Made by a program: the position numbers and the translations under genes. Of a stretch of DNA of 64,000 nucleotides, positions 11,594 through 25,090 are shown in pieces. The notes beneath the pieces are model-generated. The model was given only the letters and a program-made list of their open reading frames with translations. It was not told where the DNA came from and made no database searches. The first letter of the stretch is position 1. Each line of letters opens with the position of its first letter. Source of the stretch: Octopus bimaculoides (lineage: Eukaryota); NCBI RefSeq assembly GCF_001194135.2, contig NC_068981.1, positions 88,948,850-89,012,849 of the forward strand, written 5' to 3'.

Positions 11594-11951
11594 CACATTG
11601 TCAGTGTGAAACTTAGGATTCATGCCTTGTAGAGAAGTGAACCCAGAAACAGCCGACGAAAGACATCTTTTATGGTGCTATAACTCTCTATAAACATTCG
11701 TTTAGAAATCTTATAACACATTTATCCTTATTATTTCTCTGAATTTTAAATCCATCTTTATGATTTCTCACCGCCGTCAATGAATCTTACAATTTTAATT
11801 TCTAAGTTCCTTAATCTAATATGATTTTTGATCGCTGTGTCATCTTTTATTTATTTACACTTTTCACGTATATTTTACCTCATATCATTATTATGCTGAT
11901 GTAAATCATATTATAGTATTATTATCTAAACATTGTGTCTCCTTAAACAAA

Positions 11952-11992
<41 letters not shown>

Positions 11993-12005
11993 GTTGTTTT
12001 CTCCG

Positions 12006-12039
<34 letters not shown>

Positions 12040-12318
12040 AGTGTGTGTGTTCAAAAATTTTATGTACCTCAATAACTTCTACGTCTTTCATCCTATTTCT
12101 TTAAGATTTTATACACAGCTGCTTCATATCTCGGACCTGAACGTAGGTTATTTAGATGTTTTAGAAAATATCGATATCGGGGGCTCTAGAGTGATGGGAA
12201 ACCAACAATAGATAATTCATATTCATTTACATTAATCATTTGTCTTATAATCTGTAAAGTCTTCCATACTTTTTTAATCTTTTGATAAAAGTGAAAGGAT
12301 GTTGTCTATTTATTTATT

Positions 12319-12782
12319 CCCATTAAGCTCTGCAGTAATCTTGGGAGCTGTACTTTTGTGATCCTTTCTAACAATCCGCCTAAGAGTCCGACTGTCCTTA
12401 TCTGAAAGTTTTGGTTTTATTCCGGAGTTTTGTTTCGACGAGGAGGTTTTTTCTCTCTTTCTCAAAGGAAGTCATTACTTTGGAGACAGTACTTCTTGAT
12501 ACACCAAACCTTTCGACTGTTTTCGTTACTCTAGCGTCTGCCATACGTGCACCAACAATTTGACCTCTTTGAAAGTCCGACAGATCTGTCATTTTAATGA
12601 ATTTTAATGACTTTTTTCTGATGATATCTGCAAAGAAACAGCAATTTCAGCAAAACATATTAGGCAACACTAATAATAAATTTAAAAAACATAAAAATAA
12701 ACAAGCTTTTGACGGTTTTATAGATATTTTAAAATTATGATGCTATGATGCTAGGTGTTTCCATTATTTCGTCCAACCCCTG
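12319..12782 (-). mobile_element. Tc1-family transposon, left-end fragment (TIR plus N-terminal HTH coding region), inserted in (TA)n
   Basis: The minus strand starts TA|CAGGGGTTGGACGAAATAATGGAAACACC. ORF from 12592 reads MTDLSDFQRGQIVGARMADARVTKTVERFGVSRSTVSKVM and, after a +1 shift, KTSSSKQNSGIKPKLSDKDSRTLRRIVRKDHKSTAPKITAELN. No DDE domain or second TIR seen. Confidence 0.9.
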
Positions 12783-14359
12783 TATATATATATATATGTG
12801 TGTGTGAGTGTGTGTGTGAGTGTGTGTGTGTGAGTGTGTGTGTGTGTGTGTGAGCGTGTGCGTGCGTGCGTGCGTGTATGTGTGTGTGTGTATGTGTGTA
12901 TACTTATACACACACACGAGAGCTGGTGAAAGAATGATAGGCTGTTTAATTCAACTCAGGAACAAATCATATATGTCGTTTTCACGCATAAACCAAAGAC
13001 TCACAAACATCCACAAATTGAGACATGCACACACACACGCACGTAGACGCAAGCGCAAACGTATACATGTACATGTACACATTCTGTAAAAACCTTCGGT
13101 TGTTTATTTTACCTCGCCTTATTTTTATGCACGTAACATACACCTATTTCTACGTATTAACACTTCCATATACAGTTCATTATTTATTTGATCTACAAAA
13201 AGTATCCATTAACTAATTAATATATTGCTGTTACCTCAATTTATTCTAAACATAAAAATCATCGATTCGAAATACTATTCCTATATCATTGATATCGACC
13301 AATATCCTGCATTCCAGTAGATATTTTTCTGTTTAAAAGCCTTTAATCATTGGCTCTTTTTTTTACATCGATTGAATAGTTCGCTTATAATTTGATTCTG
13401 ATGTCGCGTGAGATACACTGAGAGTACAAAATTAGTGTCATCGATTAAAGTTTGCATATTTTTGTGGGTTATTTTACATATACATTTGTTTTGTATTTCT
13501 TTTTTTTGCTATTAATGAATCCACCACTACTACCACTACATCTAATTAGTTACTTTCAACTGTGAGATGCAGCTTTAAAAAGCAACTTATTAAGCATTGA
13601 TTTCTTTGAACTTTGATTGCAGTTTCAAGTTACTGACATACCCCAGTAACCTTACTCGTGGAATATTTTACTTTCTCAGATAACAAAAAGAATTGCATAA
13701 CGTTACAATTTAGAATTTAGCTTAATACGGCACAAGAATGTCTAAGGAGTCTATCCGATATTTAAGTAATGGGGTTTTGTTACATGCCGCGTATCTAACT
13801 TTCATTGTTAAAAGTGGTAGATGGAGTGTAAAATCAATGATCTTTACTAAGTACCAACAAGCTGAGCCGGTAAGAATTATTTCATCCTCAAATAGTATTT
13901 GTATTTTAAATATATATCAAGTAATACGAATACCATTGCTTTTAGATAAACGACTTAATATTCGTACGCTTATTCAGGAGCTCTATATAAAGATATATAA
14001 GCTATTCCTAATTTGGGTTCACAAGCCAGGTCGAGTCTCATGCGTTACCTAATTACTTACTAAACATGTACAGCTACTGTAATTATGAGGGACACGAATT
14101 GCGAGGTTTTTAATTTCCGTCTTTATAGAAAGTAAAATAATCTATTTTCTTCCGTAAACCATGCAGGTTTTTTTTTGTATTTGTGAATTCAAAGAATTGG
14201 CTATAGCAATTAAAACACATTCACTTATCTAGCTGAAATGTTAAACAAAGGAAACGAACTTCAGCAGACATGTCTCATATTTCTACCGATGCTGCTGCTA
14301 GTGAGTCAAACGAAAGATCTCTCATAATAAACTGAGGCCTTATACTATAAACAAATCAT

Positions 14360-14545
14360 GGAGATGCAGGAGTGACTGTGTGGTAAAAAAAATTGATTAC
14401 CTCTACACGGTTCTGGGTTCAGTGTCACTGCGGGACACCTTGGGCAAGTTTTTTTTACTATCGCCTCGGGTCGACCAAACCCTTGTCACTCAATATGGCA
14501 GACGGAAATTGAAAGCTTTCCATCGTACACACGCATATGTATGTG

Positions 14546-14580
<35 letters not shown>

Positions 14581-14722
14581 GAGAGCAAGTTTTGTGTTTG
14601 ACATCTTCACAGCTTAGCGACCGGAGTTAGTTTGTTTATGTCTTCATTCATTCACCTAAAACCCTTTAAGACGGTGGCCCAGCACGACCACAGTCCAAAG
14701 ACTGAAGCAAGTAAGAGAATAT
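14360..14722 (+). mobile_element. Degenerate tRNA-derived SINE type A with internal (GT)/(GA) microsatellite
   Basis: Matches 32020-32410: ctgtgtggtaa...ttgggcaag...cctcgggtcgaccaaa...gacggaaattgaaag; tail cagtccaaagactgaagcaagtaaga. Confidence 0.8.
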
Positions 14723-14728
14723 CTATCA

Positions 14729-14777
<49 letters not shown>

Positions 14778-14778
14778 A

Positions 14779-14829
<51 letters not shown>

Positions 14830-15451
14830 CGTTATGAGCATGTGTGTAGATATATGTACATTTGTATGTATGAACGTATGTATATGTAATCTAATATCAT
14901 TACAATCTCTGTATGGCAATCAATTGAATTTACACTATAGACTATGTACTTATTGAAATTAAGAAATATAGTGTTTAATCAAGGCTTTATCTGATTGCTT
15001 ATTGACTTATGATATTCCTATTCCCGTTATTATGGCACAAGTGACTTGTCATTAGTACTGCATATTCTTCCAGCTCCAGTCTCTTCGTACGGTAATTGTG
15101 CACCACAGAAAGGTGATATGGGGATGGAGGCTTTCAGTGCCATTCTGTGAATGCTGTTTGTTAAGGCTCTTGTTTAGGAATGAATATATCCTGTTAGGAA
15201 AAATATCAAAACATTGACACCATCAACCCATCTACAAGAGATACATTAACGTTGTTTTATTGATTAATACTATATATACAGACATGACTCATCAGCAACT
15301 ATATAGTATTATCATAACTGTGGAAACGAAATATAACGATGGCTGAGCTCGAGCCGACTTTTTAAAGCATATTACAATGAAATGGCTCTTCCAAGATATT
15401 TACATATTGATCTTTTGTTAAACAATAATGTAGTCACCCAAATCCTCATAT

Positions 15452-15512
<61 letters not shown>

Positions 15513-15619
15513 NNNNNNNNNNNNNNNNNNNNNNNNNNNNNNNNNNNNNNNNNNNNNNNNNNNNNNNNNNNNNNNNNNNNNNNNNNATATGTGTGTGTGT
15601 ATTTGCGTGTGTATGTATG

Positions 15620-15670
<51 letters not shown>

Positions 15671-17072
15671 ATATCGGTGTATCAGAATCTAGATTCAATT
15701 ATCTTTAATGTTTTTGGATTTTTTTCTAATAAAATATTGCTTAAATCATTTAATGTATGTTGAAAAGTATGCAATTGGAGCAACTGTAGTTCGTTAGTAT
15801 CATGCTGTATTGTCTGTTTTATTTTGCCAATCTCTATTCAAATGCATATAAAGCCAACTTTATTTTTCTTTACCATGCTTGCAATAAGAAATGTAATGTG
15901 AATACATTAGGATATGTTCCCCACTCTACTAATTCGTCGCCTTCGGCTTTTGTTAGAAAGAAAGATTTATACATATTCAAAGCGATTATTTTCAATCAAC
16001 TCTTGAAGCAGAGAAACATTACTCGTGCTTACAGCCATCTTGGAAAAGACGTGAACGTTACACGAGCTAACATATCAGTCTCTGTATGTTTATTCAACCC
16101 ATTAGTAAAAGCATCCTAAACCACATTCGAATTATGCCCTAAAGTCTTACAAATAAAATAACATATTAGATAATGTATTCTTTTGTTAAAAAATGAAAGA
16201 ATAAGCACCACGGGAGTCTTTGATTATAGGTCTAGTCCAGTAATTCATAACATTTTTCACTACTAAGAAGTTTTATCTAAGCGAATTTTGCTGCAGTCCC
16301 TAAGATTTTGCATTGTCTGTCAACTGAATATGTCTATTAAATACGTATAAACTTGTAGTTCCAATTGTAACTGTACATTTTACACTGCAACTTTTAAGAT
16401 TTTGAACACAGCTCACTGGTCCGCTGTACTACAATTGTAACTTTAGTGATCCGCAAATGACAGGATGGGAAACTGTTTTAATCGATAAGGGCTAAACAAG
16501 GAGTAAAATCTCAAAAACAACAACAACAACAGCTGCAGCGGAAGCAGCATCAACTGCAGCTACACGATCCTGACAATTTGCTTTCTATTCGTCGTCCATG
16601 TTCATTTATGAAAGGCAGCTTGGATGTTAGCTTTCTACGTCGTTAAAATTTTTATCTCAATTCGTCTCATCTCTACGGAAGTTCGCACATTGTAAAACAA
16701 ACCTCATTCAAATTGATCATATTAAATTCAGTTTTTCTCGCTAGAAAATACTACCAACCCCTGTGTGTATAGAGGTCGGATCAATATTTATAAAACCGTG
16801 CATTTGCCTTGTTCGCATGTAACTGTCCAAAGCCCTATAGATTACATTTATAGTACGGTGGAAGTGTTACGTCATAGCAGTTGTTAAAGGGAGATACATA
16901 TTTTCTTGATTCTTTTCTTTGAGTCAACTACAGCTGAATGGAGTAATTTTCCAAATGAATAGAACAATAAAGTGAATGAAGCTTGTTGAATTTGATCTTT
17001 TTTCAATGGCTTCAGCAGGTCCCGTAAAAATGGAAGGAGAACGTCAATTAAATTCTTTTTTTCACTGAGGAT

Positions 17073-17114
<42 letters not shown>

Positions 17115-18051
17115 ACACACACACACAAGTTTTATGATGAGTTAAGAGTTTGTGTATGTATAACAAAGATACATTTAATAGAATGATTAAAATTCAGAAA
17201 TGTGTTATGTATTTTATGTTTTAAAGGCTTTACATTATAGAAGTTTTTCCAAAATTCACAAAGTATTATGGAAATTAATTTTCCGGACTGTCTTTATGCC
17301 TTGTAACTTTATTGCTATTTATTATGCCACTGACAAAACAGTCCTACAAAAATGAATTAAGTTTCACCATCCATCGATGCATTATATTTGTGGTTATGCG
17401 GGTGACATGTATATAGTCACATAAATATAATATCGGACTGTTTAGAGTCGAAGTCGAACATAAGAAAAAAAAATGCACTAGTTTACATAAAATATCAGAG
17501 ATTTTGCACACAAAGAAGTTGGTATGTGTTCGAAAGCGGAAAGACAAAAATAATTTCATACGTGCATTTTAAAGCAGTTTCATGTCATGCCAAGTAACGA
17601 GAAGCGGAGATGTGATGAATGGAGATTACAATGAACTCGGTCACTAAGAGAGGTAGACTGATAAAACTGACAGCATTGAGTCTGCCTCATAGTTCTAGTT
17701 CATGCAGAAACATAGAGGCAAGCAGAAATCAAATCGTTTGAAACATCATGTCGACAAAAAAAAAAAAAAAAAAGTCAGCAAAAAATTAGTTTTACAGTAA
17801 AATTTTCTCATCAATATTTACAATAATTAATCTAAAATAATTAAAGAAACACAATTTAATGCCTTTTAAAATAAATTATCGAATGTTCCTTTATATTGCT
17901 ACAGATAACCTAATCTAAAGATAAATTACCTTCGTACGTATTTAATTAATTTTCATTAGGTGTCTTTTCTCATCATTCTATTGCTTTTGTTTTCTCTGTT
18001 TGCGTCGCTTTTAGGGGAAAGGTTGCTGAAATGGCTTAAGTTTAGATTTTA

Positions 18052-18086
<35 letters not shown>

Positions 18087-19374
18087 TGTGTGTTCGTATG
18101 TGTGTGTTGTGTGTGTATACAGATATATGTTATGGAGTACTATATCTAGAACACCTATTAGCAAGACGATAATATATTCGAAAGTCATTAGGATAAACAA
18201 CTGTCAGTTAATCACGATTTCTACTAAAGAAAAAATGTAGTACGAAGTAAATTAACTGACTTGGTGATCAATCGATATTCGTTATCTGATAGTTGGCAAA
18301 AATGGCACACAACTAGCTGTCTGAAAGTATGCGATTGCTACCTTCTATGATCGCTTTTCGAATTCTTGGGGGATTAATTTCAGCCTTCCAAGTTTCGTAA
18401 CATAACTACTGGATTGATTCGATCAACTAGAGTCCCACCCCTCCAGTAAATGGGTCTAATGCATATATAAGAAATCAATATTTCACTTATCTCTGTGTCC
18501 AGCATTGTAGATACAAAACTAATCAATCTCACAGTAAGCTCAGACCACATCCAACTTTCTATCATGGTTTGAAATCATTTCTTTTCATTTCAGTCTCTAG
18601 AGATCACTGGGAAATTTAGCACGTTTACAATATCTGTTTTTAACTAATTGACTAAAGGTACATGGCCTTTATCGGCGTCAAAAAGTAATATTTTAACTAT
18701 CCCAGGTGATAAATAAAAGCCAACTGTTCGACGATTTATAATGAAACGTTAATGAGTAATCTAATTATGGCACTAATGCAGTTTCCAGAGGCGTTAATGA
18801 CACAAATGCTGTAAAAGTGATATGACCTGGTATTGAAGTTAGTTGGTGCTTGCTCACCTTATCGCTTGCAACATTCACAGTATGGAAATCATTAACGTAA
18901 ATTTCCATTCGCCAATACGAGAGATTTTAATGTTCATTTTCTCGAACATGCAAAGCATTGATTTAGTTTCATGAAATAAAATGCTTCCCAATTTGAAGGG
19001 GGAAACTGGATACAACTAGTTAAAAAGTATTGTAGTACTGAAGCTGATACCATCGGCTACGAGGTTATGTAAGACAACGAAAAACGGAAATTCTATTATA
19101 ATCAGGGTGAAAATTAAGTACATTACGACAGTTTGTCTTATACTCTACTTTCTGCACTATTTCCAGTGATCTTCATTAAACTAATTTATTCTGAATACTG
19201 TTGAAACCAAGTGATCGAATACAATTAAATGTTGATGTAATTAATTAAGTACACTAAAAATCTTAATGAATAGAAATTTGCCTCTTACTTGGAGAAAGAA
19301 GATAAAAAATAACTGAAGATAACCAATGATGAGGCTTCTCTACTAACAAAAATGAAATTTGTCTTCCTAAGCAT

Positions 19375-20020
19375 GAAAATTCAATTTTCTGTGGAGTCAA
19401 TTTTTAATTTCTTGAAATTATCTCCTCTTTCTTTGCGAGTCACTGTCAGTTAATTTTAGCTTTTTTGTTTTCTTTTTCTCAACTAGAGGCAAATTATACT
19501 TCATTAGGATTTTCAGTGTATTTTATTTAGTGCATCAACACTTACCTGAACTATATCAATTCAGCCATTGCTCAACTTGACTTCTCATGAGATTATGTTC
19601 CGTAATTATCGAAACTGAAATCAAAATATATTTTAATTCTAACTGTCCATGTTCTCTGAACACATCAAACTTAAGAAATTTATGTTTGGCTGATAATGCT
19701 TAGTCAATCAAAGCCATGTCTGTAACTTTGTCTGCTGACATATGAAGATTTCTCCATCATATACGAAAGTTCTTTTTTCTGTAAAATTGATTCTTAATTT
19801 CTTGAAATTATCTCTCCTTTTCTTTGAAATTCACAAACAATTACCGTTAGGTATGTGTTTTCTTCCTCCAAATATAAAGCAGATTTCAATTCATTAATTA
19901 CATTAATGTCAATACGTACTTAATGACAAGCGTCATTAAGAACAACACCACTTACCCGAATTAAATCCATGTCATTGACCTACCTGAATTATTTCCCTCA
20001 CCTCAATTTCTGTAATTATA
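19375..20020. repeat. Diverged ~400-bp tandem duplication of unknown origin
   Basis: ttaatttcttgaaattatctc at ~19405 and ~19795; cacttacc(t/c)gaa at ~19540 and ~19950; gtaattat at ~19602 and ~20012. Confidence 0.6.
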
Positions 20021-20256
20021 GGATACAATTACTTAAGTTCCACAAAATCATCCACACATTGCACTAAATTGATCCCATTACTAATAGAGTTTGTTTTTCA
20101 CCACAGGTACTATTTTACCTTACTTTTCAATACTCTAAACGTTGAATTTGATCGCATCCGATTGTTTATATAAAATGCTACATACTTCTATCTTCCTCTC
20201 CAAATAACTGGATGGCATTTGTATAATCTAACTATATAGTTCAGTGGATGAAACAC

Positions 20257-20445
20257 ATAAATAAATAAATTTTCGGACGTTTGGAAGCTGCACGTACGCT
20301 AACTATAGCAGTATCTGGCAATGCAGGCCTCCCTCAGACCCAGACATCCACTGCTTGTCACTGTCTTTCACTCAGTCGCTTTCAAGCATCTGTTGCGTTT
20401 GAATGAAAATAGTGTTGAAAAATATAAATCGACATACGACCAGAT
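20257..20445 (+). repeat. 189-bp apparently identical copy of the MITE interior at 20861-21049, ending at a gap
   Basis: Same sequence from ataaataaataaattttcggacg to catacgaccagat, offset 604 bp. Confidence 0.95.
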
Positions 20446-20752
20446 NNNNNNNNNNNNNNNNNNNNNNNNNNNNNNNNNNNNNNNNNNNNNNNNNNNNNNN
20501 NNNNNNNNNNNNNNNNNNNNNNNNNNNNNNNNNNNNNNNNNNNNNNNNNNNNNNNNNNNNNNNNNNNNNNNNNNNNNNNNNNNNNNNNNNNNNNNNNNNN
20601 NNNNNNNNNNNNNNNNNNNNNNNNNNNNNNNNNNNNNNNNNNNNNNNNNNNNNNNNNNNNNNNNNNNNNNNNNNNNNNNNNNNNNNNNNNNNNNNNNNNN
20701 NNNNNNNNNNNNNNNNNNNNNNNNNNNNNNNNNNNNNNNNNNNNNNNNNNNN

Positions 20753-20802
<50 letters not shown>

Positions 20803-21104
20803 CACCTTCTCCTCGACTTACAAATTATGCGACTTACGACCACCCGCACTTACGGCCAAAATAAATAAATAAATTTTCGGACGTTTGGAAGCTGCACGTA
20901 CGCTAACTATAGCAGTATCTGGCAATGCAGGCCTCCCTCAGACCCAGACATCCACTGCTTGTCACTGTCTTTCACTCAGTCGCTTTCAAGCATCTGTTGC
21001 GTTTGAATGAAAATAGTGTTGAAAAATATAAATCGACATACGACCAGATCGACTTACGACCAGTCAGTCGAAACAGAACTCGGTCCTAAGTCGCGGATAA
21101 GGTG
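20803..21104. mobile_element. pogo/Tigger-like (Tc1/mariner superfamily) MITE, ~300 bp
   Basis: TA|CACCTTCTCCTCGACTTA ... TAAGTCGCGGATAAGGTG|TA imperfect TIRs with TA flanks; repeated subterminal CGACTTAC motif. Confidence 0.8.
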
Positions 21105-21766
21105 TATATGATTATTTCGTTGATAGACTTAAATATAATCAATGGTTCGTAGTGGATAATCTTATAATACGTTAACTCTTTTGATTAAAAATATGAAATA
21201 ACAGCAATTGCTCTCGCGCGCTTGTTAAATATATTATAGTAGCATATATTTCTAAAATTATTTTACAGTTCTGACGAAGCTGATAATTTCCCAAACCGGT
21301 GTGGTCCATAACGTGAGTATTAATTGCATTTGCTTCATTTTATTTTTAGCAATAAGCCAAAAAAAAAGACGTGCCTGTACTTTTTGAAGCCTGACGGGAT
21401 TAAATCATGAATTATAAACTCTTCTGCTTAGAGATAGAAAAGTATATGCAATTGATTAGAATTCTCAAGTAGCATATGTTGACTGTCGTTATTTTAAAAT
21501 GTATTTTGTATCACTATTTGTAAATAATTGGCTCCTTGGTTACATTTCTCCAAAGAGGTATTACATTTACTGTGGCAAGATGACAAAGATGCGTCTGTGG
21601 CCGAACAAATATAGTATATATCCGAACGAATTTGGTTTGTCGTTTCTAACAAAAGTTGGTTATATGCACACATAAATATATACATATAAAACGACCACAG
21701 TCACGACGACGACGATGACAATCACCACCACCACCACCATCACCACAAACATCATCATAATCATCG

Positions 21767-21811
<45 letters not shown>

Positions 21812-21887
21812 GCGTTATCTTTTTCCTTTAACACGCTTACAATAATAATATTATTAGTAATGATAATAATGATAATGGACTCTCCCA

Positions 21888-22174
21888 TCGTTTACGACGT
21901 ATGAGCGTTCAGCTTTTTGCCGAATGACCTGTACAGATGATTTCTATATAGTGATCAAATGTTCGTGCCGCACATTAGCCCACTCTTTCCATCAAATCGA
22001 CCTTGCTTGACCAAGTACACGACGTTCCACGGGTCAAGTGTCAAGGTGATCACAGAGCAACGTGAAATGAAGTGTTTTTACTCAAGAACACAACACACTA
22101 CTCGGCTTAGGAATTGAGATCACGATCTAGCGATTGTGAGTGCAACACCTAACCACTAGTTCACACACCCTCAC
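21888..22174 (-). mobile_element. tRNA-derived SINE with a type C-like head and a different body
   Basis: Minus strand reads ctagtggttaggtg...ttgtgttcttgagtaaaaacacttcatttcacgttgctc, matching 3550-3650; downstream sequence does not match type C. Confidence 0.7.
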
Positions 22175-22678
22175 AATAACAACAAAAACAACAACAACAA
22201 CAACAACAATAATAATAATGGAATGAGCGGCTGGACGTGTTCTTCGCTGCTCTGACCTGTCAACAGCTGATAACACAGAACATTAATACAACCCAGCAGA
22301 ACAACTGAAAAATAACTCTAAAAGACTGGAATATCTACAGTTTCCTGTGAGTATTTTGAATTTCCCTCAAAATAAGTTAAGAATCTTAGATATCTACAGT
22401 TTTCGAACACATAAACGATCAGCTTTAAAACCTTTAATATCTACAAATTCTGTGAATACCTATCCTTTCCTTTCTCCCTGAGAATACGAAAATGTAAACA
22501 TCCTCTTTATTCTAAGAACACTACAGTTTTCTCTGTTTGGACAGACAAAAGATCATCTCCAGTAAATTTTAAAACTCCGGAAAGAGCTCGAAAAATAAGA
22601 GGTGTTACCTTAGTTCACTGGTAGTGAACAACTAACACCGTATTACATCTCTAGCGTTAGAAGCTGTGCAAAAGCAAT

Positions 22679-22778
22679 GATAATAATCATAATAATAATA
22701 ATAATCATAATAATAATAATAAATAAATAAGTATATGAGTAGAAACCTTACCCGTGAGTGTGTTAAATAAGACACTAA

Positions 22779-22842
<64 letters not shown>
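22679..22842. repeat. (AAT)n arrays
   Basis: Directly visible; they abut the LINE fragment. Confidence 0.95.
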
Positions 22843-22845
<3 letters not shown>

Positions 22846-24120
22846 CTGAAAAACTCTGAGGACTGGATGCTAAAACTTGTCTTAAAATATGAAAGCAAGA
22901 AAGCATCTTACTCAGTAACAAAACAGGCAAAGGAATATCTAAGTGAATTCCAATTGCAACAAATTCAAGAATTAGACGAACTAGAAACACCTGCAGAAAA
23001 AGCTAAGCGCTTGAAAACCCGTGATAAAATTGCTGCCTTAGCTATTATNNNNNNNNNNNNNNNNNNNNNNNNNNNNNNNNNNNNNNNNNNNNNNNNNNNN
23101 NNNNNNNNNNNNNNNNNNNNNNNNNNNNNNNNNNNNNNNNNNNNNNNNNNNNNNNNNNNNNNNNNNNNNNNNNNNNNNNNNNNNNNNNNNNNNNNNNNNN
23201 NNNNNNNNNNNNNNNNNNNNNNNNNNNNNNNNNNNNNNNNNNNNNNNNNNNNNNNNNNNNNNNNNNNNNNNNNNNNNNNNNNNNNNNNNNNNNNNNNNNN
23301 NNNNNNNNNNNNNNNNNNNNNNNNNNNNNNNNNNNNNNNNNNNNNNNNNNNNNNNNNNNNNNNNNNNNNNNNNNNNNNNNNNNNNNNNNNNNNNNNNNNN
23401 NNNNNNNNNNNNNNNNNNNNNNNNNNNNNNNNNNNNNNNNNNNNNNNNNNNNNNNNNNNNNNNNNNNNNNNNNNNNNNNNNNNNNNNNNNNNNNNNNNNN
23501 NNNNNNNNNNNNNNNNNNNNNNNNNNNNNNNNNNNNNNNNNNNNNNNNNNNNNNNNNNNNNNNNNNNNNNNNNNNNNNNNNNNNNNNNNNNNNNNNNNNN
23601 NNNNNNNNNNNNNNNNNNNNNNNNNNNNNNNNNNNNNNNNNNNNNNNNNNNNNNNNNNNNNNNNNNNNNNNNNNNNNNNNNNNNNNNNNNNNNNNNNNNN
23701 NNNNNNNNNNNNNNNNNNNNNNNNNNNNNNNNNNNNNNNNNNNNNNNNNNNNNNNNNNNNNNNNNNNNNNNNNNNNNNNNNNNNNNNNNNNNNNNNNNNN
23801 NNNNNNNNNNNNNNNNNNNNNNNNNNNNNNNNNNNNNNNNNNNNNNNNNNNNNNNNNNNNNNNNNNNNNNNNNNNNNNCATGGGAACTGCACATATCCCT
23901 ACGTAAAATACTGTCTATGTGATCTCAAATTTTAAAGCAAACACATAATTTTCTTATGGTTTCTTAAACATTCACTTGAACAAAACTGTACAAATCCAAA
24001 TATATGGTACCCTAGGCATAACACCTACATGAACTTCTAACTTGTTGTCTCTTGAGGTCTCTGGGTGAGACTTGGATCCAACTTGTACAAATGCAAAACA
24101 AAAGTCAAACATAAAATAAT
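22843..24120 (+). mobile_element. 5'-truncated R4/Dong-like non-LTR retrotransposon (REL-endonuclease clade), with internal gap
   Basis: Begins LKNSEDWMLKLVLKYESKK. After the gap it reads MGTAHI(fs)LRKILSM-stop, then a 3' UTR ending in (AAT)n. Clade assignment is from motif recall. Confidence 0.8.
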
Positions 24121-24145
24121 AATAATAATAATGATAATAATAATA

Positions 24146-24450
24146 CAACAATTCATAAAATTGGAAATTGGAAGAGTTTAGAATGTGAAAAGTGTAAAAG
24201 ATGTACTCATGATAATTGGTGCACTGGTAAAGATATATACAAACGGTTGAAGGTAGTTGGAATAAGATGTCCTGTAGAGCTTCTGCAGACATTTTGCCTC
24301 TTAGGGACAGGAAGGATTATCAGGAGGGTTCTAAACGCTTGAAAGATTATTGAAAGCTATTGGATACCTTAGATTACAGTAGTAACCTGCCACGCACATA
24401 AGTCCTGCCAGGAATAAGACCGAACTTGTGTCAAATAAAAAAAATAATAA
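24146..24450 (+). mobile_element. Short 3' fragment of a second R4/Dong-like LINE
   Basis: Degenerate EIGRV.NVKSVK..IIGAL...IRCPVELLQTFCLLGTGRIIRRVLNA-stop. Starts after (AAT)n and ends in an A-run/aataataat. Confidence 0.75.
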
Positions 24451-24779
24451 TACGAATAATGACTAAATAATACGTTTATGAATTTGTGTTGCCAAATTCT
24501 TGATGTGAAAAAAAAAAGTGACCATCCCGAAATACAGCAGTAACTAAATTTAAATGGACGGAATCAAGTAGTGAACTATTAACAAATCGGCATTCTGGTT
24601 ATAGAAACATGTTTGTAAGTATGCAAGAATACACAGATTAGTAGAATTAGGCAGCATTAAAAAGAAGACTGAAAAACATTTTAAAATCACATAATGGAAT
24701 TCAAATTTTAAGTACTTTAAGGCTTTAAATAAAGAGAAAACGTTAAAAACGCGTAAAGAAAGATAATACATTTCATCAA

Positions 24780-25090
24780 AATGGAACTTGAAATCATGGA
24801 AAATGGAAACGTAAAAAATAAAACTCGCGATGTTCCGATTCCACATAGAGTAAATGTGCTAATATGAAATTCAGCAATGGCTGAATGCCCCTAGACTAAA
24901 GGCAGAAACGGAAGGTATGAAGTTAGCTGTTTGAGATCAATATTTAACGACAGCATCTATCAAAATATGATTACAAAACAAGAGTCTAACATCAACTGCG
25001 GTCTGCGCAGCCAATGTAAGCAAACAATAGACTACTCTATTTCCGGCTTCCCAGTCTTCACCAAGCTAGAACATATCCACAAATCATAAT
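24780..25090 (+). mobile_element. Old R4/Dong-like LINE fragment (zinc-knuckle region)
   Basis: QQWLNAPRLKAETEG...DQYLT...CGLRSQCKQTIDYSISGFPVFTKLEHIH, homologous to QWLRSSGLKAESEG at ~29080-29120. Confidence 0.65.

Noticed and set aside
13738-14052. 104-aa ORF with an internal CCG|GTAAG donor-like site
   Set aside because: No recognisable domain, weak acceptor and no supporting neighbouring exons.
16500-16645. Gln-rich short reading frame (QKQQQQQLQRKQHQLQ)
   Set aside because: Explained by (CAA)/(CAG) repeats; bounded by stops, with no start codon or good splice sites.
19260-20030. Faint resemblance of the duplicated unit to bacterial HsdS coiled-coil repeats or LINE ORF1
   Set aside because: Many stops, the repeat period does not fit, and the similarity is within what AT-rich noise gives.
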